32,348 nt of DNA from Intoshia linei. Taxonomy: Eukaryota; Animalia; Orthonectida. Numbering within the stretch: the stretch's first letter is position 1; each line of letters starts with the position of its first letter. Shown piece by piece: positions 1 through 11,150 of this stretch. The position numbers and the translations under genes are program-made. The DNA lies in NCBI GenBank assembly GCA_001642005.1, contig LWCA01000320.1:1-32348 (forward strand). Direction: 5' to 3'. A model generated the notes under the pieces. It worked only from the letters and a program-made list of their open reading frames with translations. It was not told the origin of the DNA and made no database searches.

Positions 1-133
1 AAGGATTGATAATAGTTAATAGTAGAATTTTTAAGTTAGATTTTCAATGTGAATATATTTTTTAGGTATAATAAAAATGTGCCCTCGGCAGAGCTAGGTG
101 CTGTTTGTACGTAGTAAAAAACAGTCAAGCTAG
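1..133 (+). mobile_element. Non-autonomous Helitron, 3' end
   Basis: GCCCTCGGCAGAGCTAGGTGCTGTTTGTACGTAGT..ACAGTCAAGCTAG|T: subterminal hairpin then CTAG followed by T. Related ends occur at 9753, 13112, 19314, 27495, 29775 and 31839. Confidence 0.75.
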
Positions 134-173
134 TAAATATATGTCGTATAGAATGTGTAAAACTCTAAAATGT

Positions 174-566
174 TTTACTGTGTTAACAGGATACAGCTGT
201 ACCACCTGTAAATTATTTTAAATTCTAGGGCTGTTTCTATTAAAAAAAAGGGTCATTTTGGGTTTTGGCCCTGAAGATATATTTGTTTTTAAATTTAAAT
301 TTATGATAATATTTATGATTTTATAATCCGTATCAGAGTATATATTTTTTTAAATTCTCGAATTCGTTTGATTTTCAAAAAAAAAGTACAATTGAGCTTT
401 TTGACCCGTAAACGTGGTTTGGGAGGTTGAAATTTATTTTGCTAACACCCGAAAAAAACTGTAATTGAAATGTTGTGGACTTTATAAAATTCTAAGACTG
501 GTAGTTATTCAAATAAACGGTAACAAACACAAACAAATATTGCAATGCATATTATATAAGTAACGA
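174..566 (-). mobile_element. Non-autonomous Helitron, 5' portion
   Basis: Reverse complement begins A|TCGTTACTTATATAATATG..TGTTTGTGTTTG; homologous to the copies at 3769, 6990 and 8871. Confidence 0.72.
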
Positions 567-629
567 TATGTAAGTAAGATACATATATTTATGTATATAA
601 TAATACATTTTGTTTAAATTAATAAAACA

Positions 630-3600
630 TTATTTATGATCATGATTACTTTTATAAGTTGGAGGATGTGGGGTAATTAAATCTGAAATTTTATGGACAA
701 CATGTTTCAATTCCAAAATAATTTCTTCATCTAATGAACTTGTTCGCATTATAGACTAAAATTAATACTTTTAGTGGTCGTTATATAATGTCGTCATACT
801 TTAATAATATTAATGTTTTCACTGTTTTCTCTGAATATTTTTGCCGCCCTAGGGAAAGCGACAATTACATTAATCATCCTAAATTATAATTTATTATTTA
901 TTTATGATAATTGTAAGTTTATTTGTATAACTAGAACAGGGGTGTCAATTATGCGGCCCGCCAAGCAAATTGAGTCTGACACCCCTGAACTAAAACATGT
1001 TAGAAAATTTTTTGAATGAGTAAATTTGTATATCAATATATAATTAATATTAGTTACATTGCGCAAAACCATCCCAATTCACAATCTGAACTGTATAACA
1101 AATCCAATGTTGTTGTAAACAATTCTCCAACTTTTGGATATTTTAGTAATATGTTGTTCCCTAAATAACAACCTGCAATAACACTTATAGCAAAACAAGC
1201 ATTCTTTGAACACCCGCCGAAAGTTTCCAATAACATGTTAAACAATTTTTCTATCTAAATTTAATATTTAAAAAATTACAATTATTATAATAATTATCCA
1301 ACCACGATAAAATAAATGAGAACTAATTTATAAATAAAAAATTTAAATATATATATATTAAATTATATTATATGGTATGGTTAACATACATTGTATATTA
1401 GGGCTATTTAATTTTTCTAATATAAAAATGACATATATAGAAAATGAGCACCGCTTAATTTGCTGCAGAATGATATTAATATTTTTAATTTTTATTCAAA
1501 AAAACCCCGCGTCTTGAAGTTTAAAGTTTTCATTTTGTTTTCTTAGTCAGTTTATTGAAAATTTTAATAATCCGTTGTGTTAATAAATTTAAATAATATC
1601 AAATTTCAATTTATGATAAATTTATCTGTATATAACACTTTTTAAAATGTCGAATATTGAAATGATTTTATCATTTGAAAATTTGCAAGAAATGTCCGAA
1701 ATATTTTCATATTTTGTTGAATCAAACGGTATAATAATGACCATTGAACTTTTTGAAAGATCATTTTTGACATTAATTAATGTTAGTGAATTAACCATTA
1801 AAGTTAAAAGTATATGTTCAAAAATTATAACAAATGTAATTCATATTTATTTGTTAAATTCAATTTAATTTAAATTCGTACCTATTTTCTATGTAAAAAG
1901 TACTTATGTAAAAAAATAGTTAAGAAATATAAATACTATCTACGGTAATAAAATATTCACAAAAGTAATGAATTCAATTTTATTAATTTTAAATTTTTTT
2001 TTACTCTTAATATTATAAACTTAACAAAATTATTTTTTTACAATATGTACTTGAAAAATATTTAGTAGAAGCATTTAAAATATTTTGACCAGTTCATAAA
2101 AATTTGTCTTTTTGAAATTATATAATTTTTTTAAAAATGACTAAAAGTTTGTCCGTGAACTGTGTCCAAAATAAACGATTTTTTATTGATTTTTTTTATT
2201 AATATTATTAGTGTCACATGATCTCTGTTATATCTTAAAATTATAATAACTGAATGGCAACTACGGAGGAAAAATGTTGCTATATTTTTTTACTATGAAA
2301 ATTGTTAGGAAAATAGAAAAAGGTAAAGACGCGGGGGTTTTTATGACGTAAATAAAAACAATTTATATCATTCTGCAGCAAATTAAATAGAGATTATTAT
2401 CTATATATGTGTTTTTAAAAATTTCAAAAAATTCTGAAAATTGGAATAGCCCTATTGTATATATTTCTGTCATTTTTTACTAAAATGAAATTTTTTAAAA
2501 ATTGAAAAAATAATTCAAATCAGGGTAATCACATGACGAGTATGGGAAAAAAATGGATTTTACAAATTGTGCGAGCCGTAACATTAAAACAAATGTTACA
2601 CAATTATTTCATTATTTCTTTTTCTCCTAGTTTTTTCTCTTATTCCAATTTAAAAAGCTGTTTTCTCTTTTGAACTGCTTAATAATTATTAATTAAATAT
2701 AGCTTATAAGCAGTGCTTATTTGCATAACACAATAACGGCGGATTAGTTAAATTAAGGGATACTACAGTTATACAAATAGAAATTAAAAAAATATCAACA
2801 AAGTCATGAATCTCGTTAATTTTTACATTAAAGTATATGCCGAGGACCATTTTGTAAAATAATATAAATTTGAAAATCTTAAGTGTGTCACAAAACAGTT
2901 ATATAATTTTGTAGTGTAAGGAATGTTATTGATATGTTTAAAAATTTGAATATATGTAATACCACTTTATTAAGATTGATACATCCCATTATTTTTTCAA
3001 TTCCATTCGATACATCTGCAAATCTACCAATTATAAATGCACAATTCATCCCCATACCTAAATATATATTTATAAAAATATAATCCTCTAATTTATTGAC
3101 ATAAACGGTAACACAGACACAAAAAAAGTGTTTTATATACGTTAGGATTAAAATTTATTTTTGACCATGAATATGTAAATTTTGAAGTTGAAATTTTTTC
3201 TCATGATTAGTAATTCCCGATTGGGGTCCCTGGAGCCCCTGGAGTACAAAACTATATGCCTTGGGTTCCGTGAGATACAAATAAAATATATAAAAATTTT
3301 TTAAAATTTATTAGAGTTGCCAGATTTTGTGAATTTACCCTTAAGTCTAGACAACCGCTACAATATCATTTCAAAAATCCCACTATTAATCCCACCATTA
3401 ATAAAATTGATTAAAATTTTGAAAAATCCAATTTTACCAATATCGATCATATGAAAATCTAGAAATAATAAACATTGTCTTTACCTTTAAAACATCAAAA
3501 AAATTAATATTTAATTAGATATATATATTATATTATTATATAATTCAAAAGGCGTCATTTTCTAAGATTCTGTTTTAAACTTTATAAATTTTGTACAAAA

Positions 3601-5750
3601 TAAAATCCGGGACGATTTGAAAATTCAGTATTAAAATGAACCAAAATATAATAGAAAATGTTTAAAACGGTGTTTTAAAATTTAAAAATTTTAAAATAAT
3701 AATTTACATATTTACTCAAAGGGCCAAAAAAAATTGTTCTATGGACCACTGGTTGCCAACCCCTGGTATCCTTACTTATATAATATGATACGCAATATTT
3801 GATTGTGTGTGTGTTCCACTTTATTTTAATAACTACCAGTCTTAGAATTTTATAAAGTCAACATTTCAATTACAGATTTTTCTGGGTGATAATAAGATAA
3901 ATTTCAACCTCCCAAACTCACATCTTACGGGTCAAAACCCTGTTGTCTCTCTTTTTGAAGAGCAAACGAGTTGGAGAATTTAAAAAAATATATCAATTGT
4001 CCTTCTTTTTGAAATCAAACGAGTTGGAGAATTTAAAAAAAGTATAGTTTTTTTCGGGACATATAATAAGATAAATTTCAACCTCCCAATTTCACATCTT
4101 ACGGGTCAAAAACCCTAATTGTTTTTTTTTAAAATCAAACGAGTTTGAGAATTTAAAGAAATATATACGCTGATACAGATTTTAAAATCATAAACATCAT
4201 CATAAATTTAAATTTAAAAAAATTATATCTTCAGGGGCAAAACTGAAAATTATCCAAAATTGTTTCAAGTTTAAACTACAATAACGAAACTAAAAGTAAT
4301 ACAACTTTGTTAATATCATTTTTATATTTATTACAATCCTTTGGAATATTGGTAAAATTCGCCAAAAAAAAATTAAGATGGAATAATTCACTTTAAAGTA
4401 AAAAGTAATGTGATATGATGTTTCCACCTGAAAATAAAAAGTAAAAATTATAAAGTAAAAATAGTAAAAATGAACAAAACTTGCTGTACGGACAGCAAAA
4501 TACAACATTGCTGGTACCACCTCTGCAGATACAGATTTTTAATCACATTTGATATATACATTGTATATCAATAGTTTATAAATTTTAAGCAGATTACCAA
4601 ATTTGTCACATTTTAAATAGTTGTATATCGACATAATGATTGATTCGATAGATTTATGGTTCAAAATATAATTACATCCATTATATGTTATGGATATTCT
4701 AAATAAAATTAAAATTAATTTTTTTTTAATATTTTCGAAAATATAATGAAATGTATATATTTATAGCTTTAATTTAATAAATCATGGTATTATAAAAATT
4801 AAATAAATAGAATAATAATTAAGATTACAGTCTGAAATGTACAAATATAAAATAGTACATGGTTAAATTAGTTAAATGAAAATGTACCTTGCAATAACCA
4901 GGAATGCATTGCTTACTGCCCAATTATTATCGGTTCTATCCACTATATTAACTAACATGTCAATACATTCATCTGTATAAGCATTAGATAAAATATAGTT
5001 TCTCCCTACTTCAGACTCAGCCTAAAATCGTATAAATAAAAGTCATACATCTTGGTGATTTAAATTTTAAACTGTCAACGGAACGAATTTTGCGACCTAT
5101 TTACTAAATGATTAAAAGGGTTAATTTAAGGATCATTAATACATTGATTGAAATTCATATTGAATTTTTTCCAAATTTTTAAAATTTAGATTCTAGAATG
5201 TAAATTTAGATGAAGAATTTTATCAATATATAAAAATGTAAAAGAAAGAACGTTTAAATCATAGAAAATAATAAAAAAATTAAAAATACACTTTTAAAAT
5301 AATGGGGTTTTATTGAATAGAATAAAATTACGATTGTAGCAATGGCGCCACATGAATTCATAATAATTTCCATATCATTTGAGTGCAAAAGTTGTGCAAT
5401 TTTATAAAGTAAACTTTCATTTTTTTTTTCTTTAGATAACAAATTGATAATTTTTTCTGTACCGTTCTTATTTTCACATAGTGTACCAATAATGTAAGCT
5501 GCATTACCAGAAAACCTAAAATTGAATATTAAATGATAAATTTACAAAATTAAAGCAAATACCGTTCATTTTCATGAGACAAAAGTGTAAAAAATGTATA
5601 TAATAATTTTTCCGATTCATGAAAGTTTAAAATACGTTCAACTGTTTCAGATTTGCATGTGTGTATATCATAAATGAGACGTTCCAAAGCATCGCAACTT
5701 TGATTACATATTTTGTAAAAGTAGTCTTCATTCAATTCACTAATCTCCAT
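630..5750 (-). CDS. Uncharacterised armadillo/HEAT-repeat protein, 8 exons (5750-5563, 5515-5332, 5021-4888, 4698-4598, 3057-2963, 1254-1058, 848-800, 755-630); about 357 aa, may splice on at the GT at 649 to exons left of the window
   Basis: All junctions are GT-AG with compatible phases and give one open frame. It contains repeated ARM-like helix motifs (FSGNAAYIIGTL, IMNSCGAIATIAES, WAVSNAFLVIARI, GMNCAFIIGRF, SKNACFAISVIA, GWFCAMAAKIF). The ORF-track pieces 5550-5750, 5254-5442 and 1054-1245 are exons of this gene. Confidence 0.8.
937..987. mobile_element. 51-bp hAT (Charlie/Buster-type) mini-MITE
   Basis: TIR CAGGGGTGTCA/TGACACCCCTG; 8-bp TSD AACTAGAA/AACTAAAA. Confidence 0.8.
1399..2454. 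mobile_element. Non-autonomous TIR DNA transposon in an ARM-gene intron
   Basis: Imperfect TIRs of about 115-130 bp (TAGGGCTATT..TTTGCTGCAGAATGATAT..AAAACCCCGCGTCTT versus AAGACGCGGGGGTTT..ATATCATTCTGCAGCAAA..AATAGCCCTA). 8-bp direct repeat TTGTATAT on both flanks. Confidence 0.8.
3769..4525 (+). mobile_element. Helitron 5' portion with internal tandem duplication, ending in an alternative hAT-like terminus
   Basis: Starts A|TCCTTACTTATATAATATG. The block ATAAGATAAATTTCAACCTCCC..CACATCTTACGGGTCAAAA is duplicated. Ends TGCTGTACGGACAGCA..GGTACCACCTCTG. Confidence 0.7.
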
Positions 5751-6117
5751 TTTTATTTACGAATAAAATACTATAACGTTTAGTCGAGTATGTCAATCAA
5801 TTGTTTTCCTATTTTCATTAACAAATATTTGTATACCAAGACATAATGAATGTATTGGTAACTAAATTAACTTTTTTTATTAATAACATAAATTTATAAC
5901 CTAGAAATAAATAATTTCATAATTACCATAATAATCTAGTATGCTATATAAAATATTAATTACATTGTTTTTTATTAATATTGAAATAATGGTAATCACG
6001 TATTATGATTTCATTATTAAATATCATTTATTTCTATAAAAAATAATTTTTTAACAAGTTTCACCTTAATTTTAATTTAATTGTTTATTATTATCGTCTA
6101 TTTTAATTTATAATATA

Positions 6118-6970
6118 CAGTCTAAGTCCTATTTAATGGAATTTCAAAATTTTGACAAACCAAAAATTGCGTTAACTAGAATTTTACTCTTAAAATATGT
6201 TTTCTTCTTATTTATTTACAAGATTATCTCAAATAAAAAAAAGCAAACCAAAATAGTTCAAATATTTTCAAAAATCTGATAAATTCATAAATAAAAAATA
6301 TTAAATGTGTAGTATCTTAAAATACTATATTTTGATAACTAAATTTGATTGTTATATTATCTCTCCTATTTACGTTTTAATTTGTATTTATTTTGATTAA
6401 AACTTTTAACAAGTATTTACTACAAAACATAAATAATCCTGGAAGTATAAAAACGACAATATTACACATGGAATTTATTAGCTTTCTTAAAAACAGAAAA
6501 CAAGGTATATACAGGCCGGTTTCATTAAATTATAGTTGTAAATCGGCTCATGGACAATTTTTGATTGACACTGGTTCTACTGTAAATTTGATTGCAATTG
6601 ATATGTTAGATGCTTTATGCATTCCAAAACCATACATTGTTAGCAAAACAAAATTAATTGCTGCCAACGGTCAATCATTAATTCAATATGGTACAGTTGA
6701 TATAATTGCAAATGGTATCATGTCTACATTTTTTATAACAGAAAATCTTAATATTTTAGGGTTGTTTGATTCAATACGACATGGATTTGTAATCATACCA
6801 GCAATCAAACCAAAACCTTTATATTCCATTTAAAAATATTTAATAATTTTAATTTTTAAAATAATTCCGTCAAATATGACGTTTCTATAAAAAACATCGC
6901 TAAACATCTTGTATGGCGGAATTCCTAAATTTTTGAGTTCCAAAAATTCCGTTAAATAGGATTTAGACTG
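6118..6970. mobile_element. TA-flanked TIR element (Tc1/mariner-pogo-like ends) carrying an aspartic protease ORF
   Basis: 27-bp TIR CAGTCTAAGTCCTATTTAATGGAATTT (6118) versus AAATTCCGTTAAATAGGATTTAGACTG (ending 6970), 2 mismatches. TA on both sides (6116-6117, 6971-6972). No transposase seen. Confidence 0.82.
6468..6833 (+). CDS. Stand-alone retropepsin-like (clan AA, retroviral-type) aspartic protease, 121 aa from the first ATG
   Basis: Catalytic FLIDTGSTVNLI, flap LIAANGQSLIQYG and C-terminal NILG motifs in one uninterrupted frame (ORF track 6393-6833). Confidence 0.75.
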   Translation: MEFISFLKNRKQGIYRPVSLNYSCKSAHGQFLIDTGSTVNLIAIDMLDALCIPKPYIVSKTKLIAANGQSLIQYGTVDIIANGIMSTFFITENLNILGLFDSIRHGFVIIPAIKPKPLYSI

Positions 6971-6989
6971 TAATAACTTTATAATACAG

Positions 6990-7295
6990 TCCTTACTTAT
7001 ATAATATGCTTTGTTTGTCTGTGTGTGTTATCGTTTATTTCAATAACTATCAGTCTTAGAATTTTATAAAGTCCACATTTCAATTACAGTTTTTCCAGAG
7101 GTGTTAGAAAATTAATTTCAACTTTCCAAACTCACATCTTACGGGTCAAAAAGCATAATTGTCTTTTTTTTGAAATGAAACGAGTTCGAGAATTTAAAAA
7201 AATATATACTCTGATACGGATTTTAAAATCATAAATATCATCATAAATTTAAATTAAAAAAAAATATTTCTTAAGGGCCAAAACCACAAATTACA
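6990..7295 (+). mobile_element. Helitron 5' portion, followed by degenerate transposon-derived repeats to about 8340
   Basis: Starts TCCTTACTTATATAATATGC; body homologous to 3769-4250 and to 174-566 (reverse complement). Confidence 0.7.
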
Positions 7296-8369
7296 AAGTG
7301 AAATAAAAATATTTTCATTTTTTCATTGTTTAATGTAGTTGTTTCAGGGTTCAAATAGTGTAAGGATATCAATTTCAAAATATTTTTTTTGAACCAAAGA
7401 GAAATATGAAATATAAAACATTGATAAACAAATTAAAGGTTTTTCATCATAGGATTTAATAAAATCGTGTTTTTCAAAAAAATATGGTAAAAAAGGGTTT
7501 TTTTATTGAGGGTTGATAAAATTTCATTTTTTATTTTGCATTAGGAAGTTGTTGCTTATAAGATTTAGTAAAATCGTATTTTTCAGCATAATATTAGAAA
7601 AGAGGATATTTCCTTTAAAAGATGGTAATATTGGAGTTTTATTTGGGTTTTAGTTTTAGTTTTTAATAAAAGTATTGGAAAAATGATTTTTTTTCCTTGT
7701 GGGAAAGTTTTACCGTTACTGTTAGCCAGATCAATGATTTCCAATACCCCTGGAAAATAAAAAATGGTACCTTAAAATTCTACTTAAAAATCGTATTTTA
7801 TTGAGATTTTCAAAAATCATCAGGATTATTGGTGCTGGTGATCACTTTCCTGAAAAAATTATTTAAATTAGTTGAGTTTGGACCCAGCCACTCAACAATG
7901 AAATTTTTCCCTAAAAAGTTTAAATTAAACTTTATTTTCATAGTATATCATAGATACACTTATTTAAGTGATAAAATAAATTTCAATTTAAAAATACGTT
8001 TAATTAGATTTTTTTATTAAAAATTTAAAAAATAATAGTTTTTCTAACACCCCTGAAATCCTAGCATGCCTAGGGGTTCTAGTATTCCCGGTTAAGAAAC
8101 CCTGCCTTAAGGGTTGGTAAAATTGTATTTTTTATTTTGTGATTTGATTAAGTTAATTCTTTTCATAAGGTTTCGTAAAATGGATTTTTCCCTGAGTACT
8201 TGAAATGGTATTTTTTATTAAATTTTATTATAAATTAATATTTATTTTATTATTAATGGTAAAATAAAAGTGGGCTTTTTAAAATAATAATGTAGTGGTC
8301 GTCTGGGCTTTGGAATAATCAACATCTAGAAATTCTGTAATAAATATTAAAAAGTCTCTATAGCCGATA

Positions 8370-8507
8370 GTCACTATAATTGAATTTTTGATCACTATAA
8401 GAGGATTAAATTCCATATATTTTGATCAAAATGTACGGAATTCTTAATTTTGATCATTATAAGCGGCTGATCACTATATCCGTGATCAATATAAGCGGAT
8501 TCTACTG
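8370..8507. repeat. pogo/Tigger-like MITE right end with tandem subterminal repeats
   Basis: Repeated TGATCACTATAAGCGG-type units ending in GATTCTACTG|TA; the partner end was not found. Confidence 0.55.
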
Positions 8508-8870
8508 TATACATAATTTATAAAAAATTACGTTAATGAGAATGTTTTTCCAAAAAAATTCCTCGTTAACGGAATGAGATTTTTTTTCAATCCCAATTAT
8601 TCTGTTAACTTGGAATTGGCCTATATTTTAATTTTAAATTTATTTATCTGCAACTAGTAAAATTTCAAAAATTATTCGCCTGATATTTCAAATCTCTATT
8701 TTTCAAAATGTGTACCCCAAAATAATTTCTGCGACCTCCTAGGGGTCCCAGTACCCCATTTAGGAACCGCTGCTAGATATATATTATTGCTGTACCTTTT
8801 GCTGGAAATACACCAATACTTTGGTGTAAAAAAAATAAATAAAAAAAAAAATAATTTATTACAGTAACAT

Positions 8871-9435
8871 ACATTGTATAATATGCTACGCTATTTTTGT
8901 TTGTGTGTGTGTTCAGCTTTATTTAAATAACTACCCGTTATTAAAATTTTATAAATTCCACATTTCAATTACAATTTTTTTCCGGGGGTGTTCGCAAACA
9001 TAATTTCAACCTCCCAAACTCACATCTTAGGGTCAGAAAACCCCAATCGTCTTTCTTTTTGAAAATCAAACGAGTTGGAGAATTTAAAAAACTAAATGCG
9101 CTGATACGAATTTTAAAATCATATACATTATCATAAATTTAAATTTAAATTAATTATATTTTCAGGGCCAAAACCGCAAATTGCCCTTCTTTTTTAATGA
9201 AAACAGCCCTAGAATTTAAAAAAATTTACAGGTTGTACAGTTGTATCCTGTTAACACACACACATATTCAATTCGAATAAGTGACGACTTCACGATCAAA
9301 AAAGCATTTTAGTATTCATATTTTTTTTTCTGAAATATTTTATTCAAAAACTAAAACAAAAAATGTGAAATAATTAACGGTCCGAAATGTAAATGTACAA
9401 CACTTGCTGTACGGACAGCACCGGTACCACTTCTG
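8871..9435 (+). mobile_element. Helitron-family copy with the alternative TGCTGTACGGACAGCA..CCACTTCTG end
   Basis: TATAATATGCTACGCTATTTTTGTTTGTGTGTGTG 5' region; body homologous to 174-566 (reverse complement) and 18700-19230. Confidence 0.68.
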
Positions 9436-9569
9436 ATCATTACGAAGTAGTTTCTCATTTTGAAATTTAGAATCAAATGCAGTATAGCTTTGTTACTATC
9501 ATATTGAGATTTATTTCAATATTGGAAGATACACTTAAAATGTGTTTTTGAATGTGCTGAATCCTTTAT

Positions 9570-9753
9570 TTATTGTTTAAAATTTTCATTTTTCTGAGAT
9601 TTATGTTATTCATGTTTTATATGACGATTTTTTGGGATTTTAAATATAATTTGATTATTTTTAAATTGAAACATTCATTTTTTAATAGATTAAAAAGTCA
9701 TATCTCAGCAGAGCTAGCTTCTGTTGGTACGAAGTACATAATAGTCAAGCTAG
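9570..9753 (+). mobile_element. Helitron 3' end, second subfamily
   Basis: GCAGAGCTAGCTTCTGTTGGTACGAAGTACATAATAGTCAAGCTAG|T; the upstream part matches 13112-13275 (reverse complement). Confidence 0.62.
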
Positions 9754-10183
9754 TTTATAAATAAATTTGGTGATTTTAAATGTATTGTTCATATTCGCAT
9801 TGTCTCGGTTTGTTTATTGTCAACATGAATTCAATATGAACTAGAAATGGAAAAATTAAAAGGATCCGTATCTAATATGAAATTTAAATGGTGTGTAATA
9901 GTTCCTCAGCAGTACAAACATAATTTAAAAATATTTAATGACTAATATAATCTACTGATTTTATCCGACTTTTTCTAGGTCTACAAGCCATCTAATCGGC
10001 TTTGCACTAATATAAAATTTTAGTTTAGTTTGAGACAATTTTATTCTTGACCAAAATAATCAAATTAACAATCAAAAATAGATATTCTACTATTATAGAT
10101 ATTGACTATAAATAGTTTCTTATAATATGTAAATTTCCATTTCTATTTGTCTGTATTACAAGTATAATTTACGTCGTACATCG

Positions 10184-11150
10184 CAGTGGCGGATCCAAGG
10201 GGGTGCAAAAGGTGCAGTTGCACCCCCTAAATTTAAAAAAATGTTTTGTAAAATAACTGAAAAAGGTTTTAATTTATTAAAACAATATATATGGCTCATA
10301 ATGGCACATCTACAGTGCTTATTTAATGATAAATATGATGTATATAATGATGTAGATTCTACATGATCAATTATAGATGTAGACTACATCTACTACTCTA
10401 CTCTACAGAGCAAATATAGAGGGATCTGACATTGAGACATTTTTTAAAATTAAAATTGCAATTTTTTTTTCGATTCTATTTTAGATGAACTCAGCCTACA
10501 ATTTTTCAGTGATCAACAGATTTTTTTGAAAGGATTTTCCCTACATCCCACTTATTATAAAACGAGTCATTTTGAAGATTTGAAAGAATTCGCAGAAAAA
10601 TATGAATTATTTTTACCATACATATAATTAGATGAAGATTTCAAAGCAAAATATACTAGATGGAAAAAAAAGAAATTGATTCAAAGACCACTATCATACA
10701 ATTAACCGAAAGCTGCAATTCTAATTTGTTTCCAAATATTCATCAACTATTAATTATTTTGGCAACATTGCCAATCACCACATGTGTATGTGGACGCTCC
10801 ATTACCATTTTGAGAAGATTGAAAACCTTTTTAAGATCAATAATGACTGGTAATCGTCTATGTGGACTGGACCTCATAAATTGCTATTATGACTATAATT
10901 TTCATATTGAAAGTTTAATTAATAAATTTGCAATACTTCCTCCAAGAAGACTAGACCTAGTTGATTTAGGATTATTTGATGAACAAAAATAATTAATTAA
11001 TTAAAATTCAATCATTTCTTTTATTTTCGCAAAAAAATAGAAATTTGGAAACTATTGTATAACAACCTTTAAATGAAATTAAAAGAGACGTTCTAAAATT
11101 TCTTGATATTGAAATTGCACTTCATTAACTAGCCTCTTGGATCCGCCCTG
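10184..11150 (+). mobile_element. Internally deleted hAT element (PRKRIR/THAP12-ZMYM1-like transposase group) with a 5-bp TSD
   Basis: TIR CAGTGGCGGATCCAAG / CTTGGATCCGCCCTG, flanked by CATCG on both sides; contains the transposase C-terminus. Confidence 0.85.
10431..10992 (+). pseudogene. hAT transposase C-terminal remnant including the dimerisation domain (frameshifted)
   Basis: FPNIHQLLIILATLPITTCVCGRSITILRRLKTFLRSIMTGNRLCGLDLI matches the hAT dimerisation motif (LPVTTxxxERSFSxLRRLKTYLRSTMxxxRLxGL). An upstream shifted frame reads FFDSILDELSLQF. Confidence 0.85.

Noticed and set aside
813-1019. 68-aa plus-strand ORF
   Set aside because: Antisense to an ARM-gene exon and runs through the 51-bp MITE; no protein motif.
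4290-4520. 76-aa F/Y/I-rich ORF, and similar ORFs at 7829, 9573, 18544, 19286, 24120, 24701, 25623, 26103 and 30546
   Set aside because: Low-complexity products of AT-rich, mostly repeat-derived DNA with no recognisable domains.
8370-8507. Short spaced repeats resembling a CRISPR array
   Set aside because: Eukaryotic context, irregular spacing and a CTG|TA end indicate transposon subterminal repeats.
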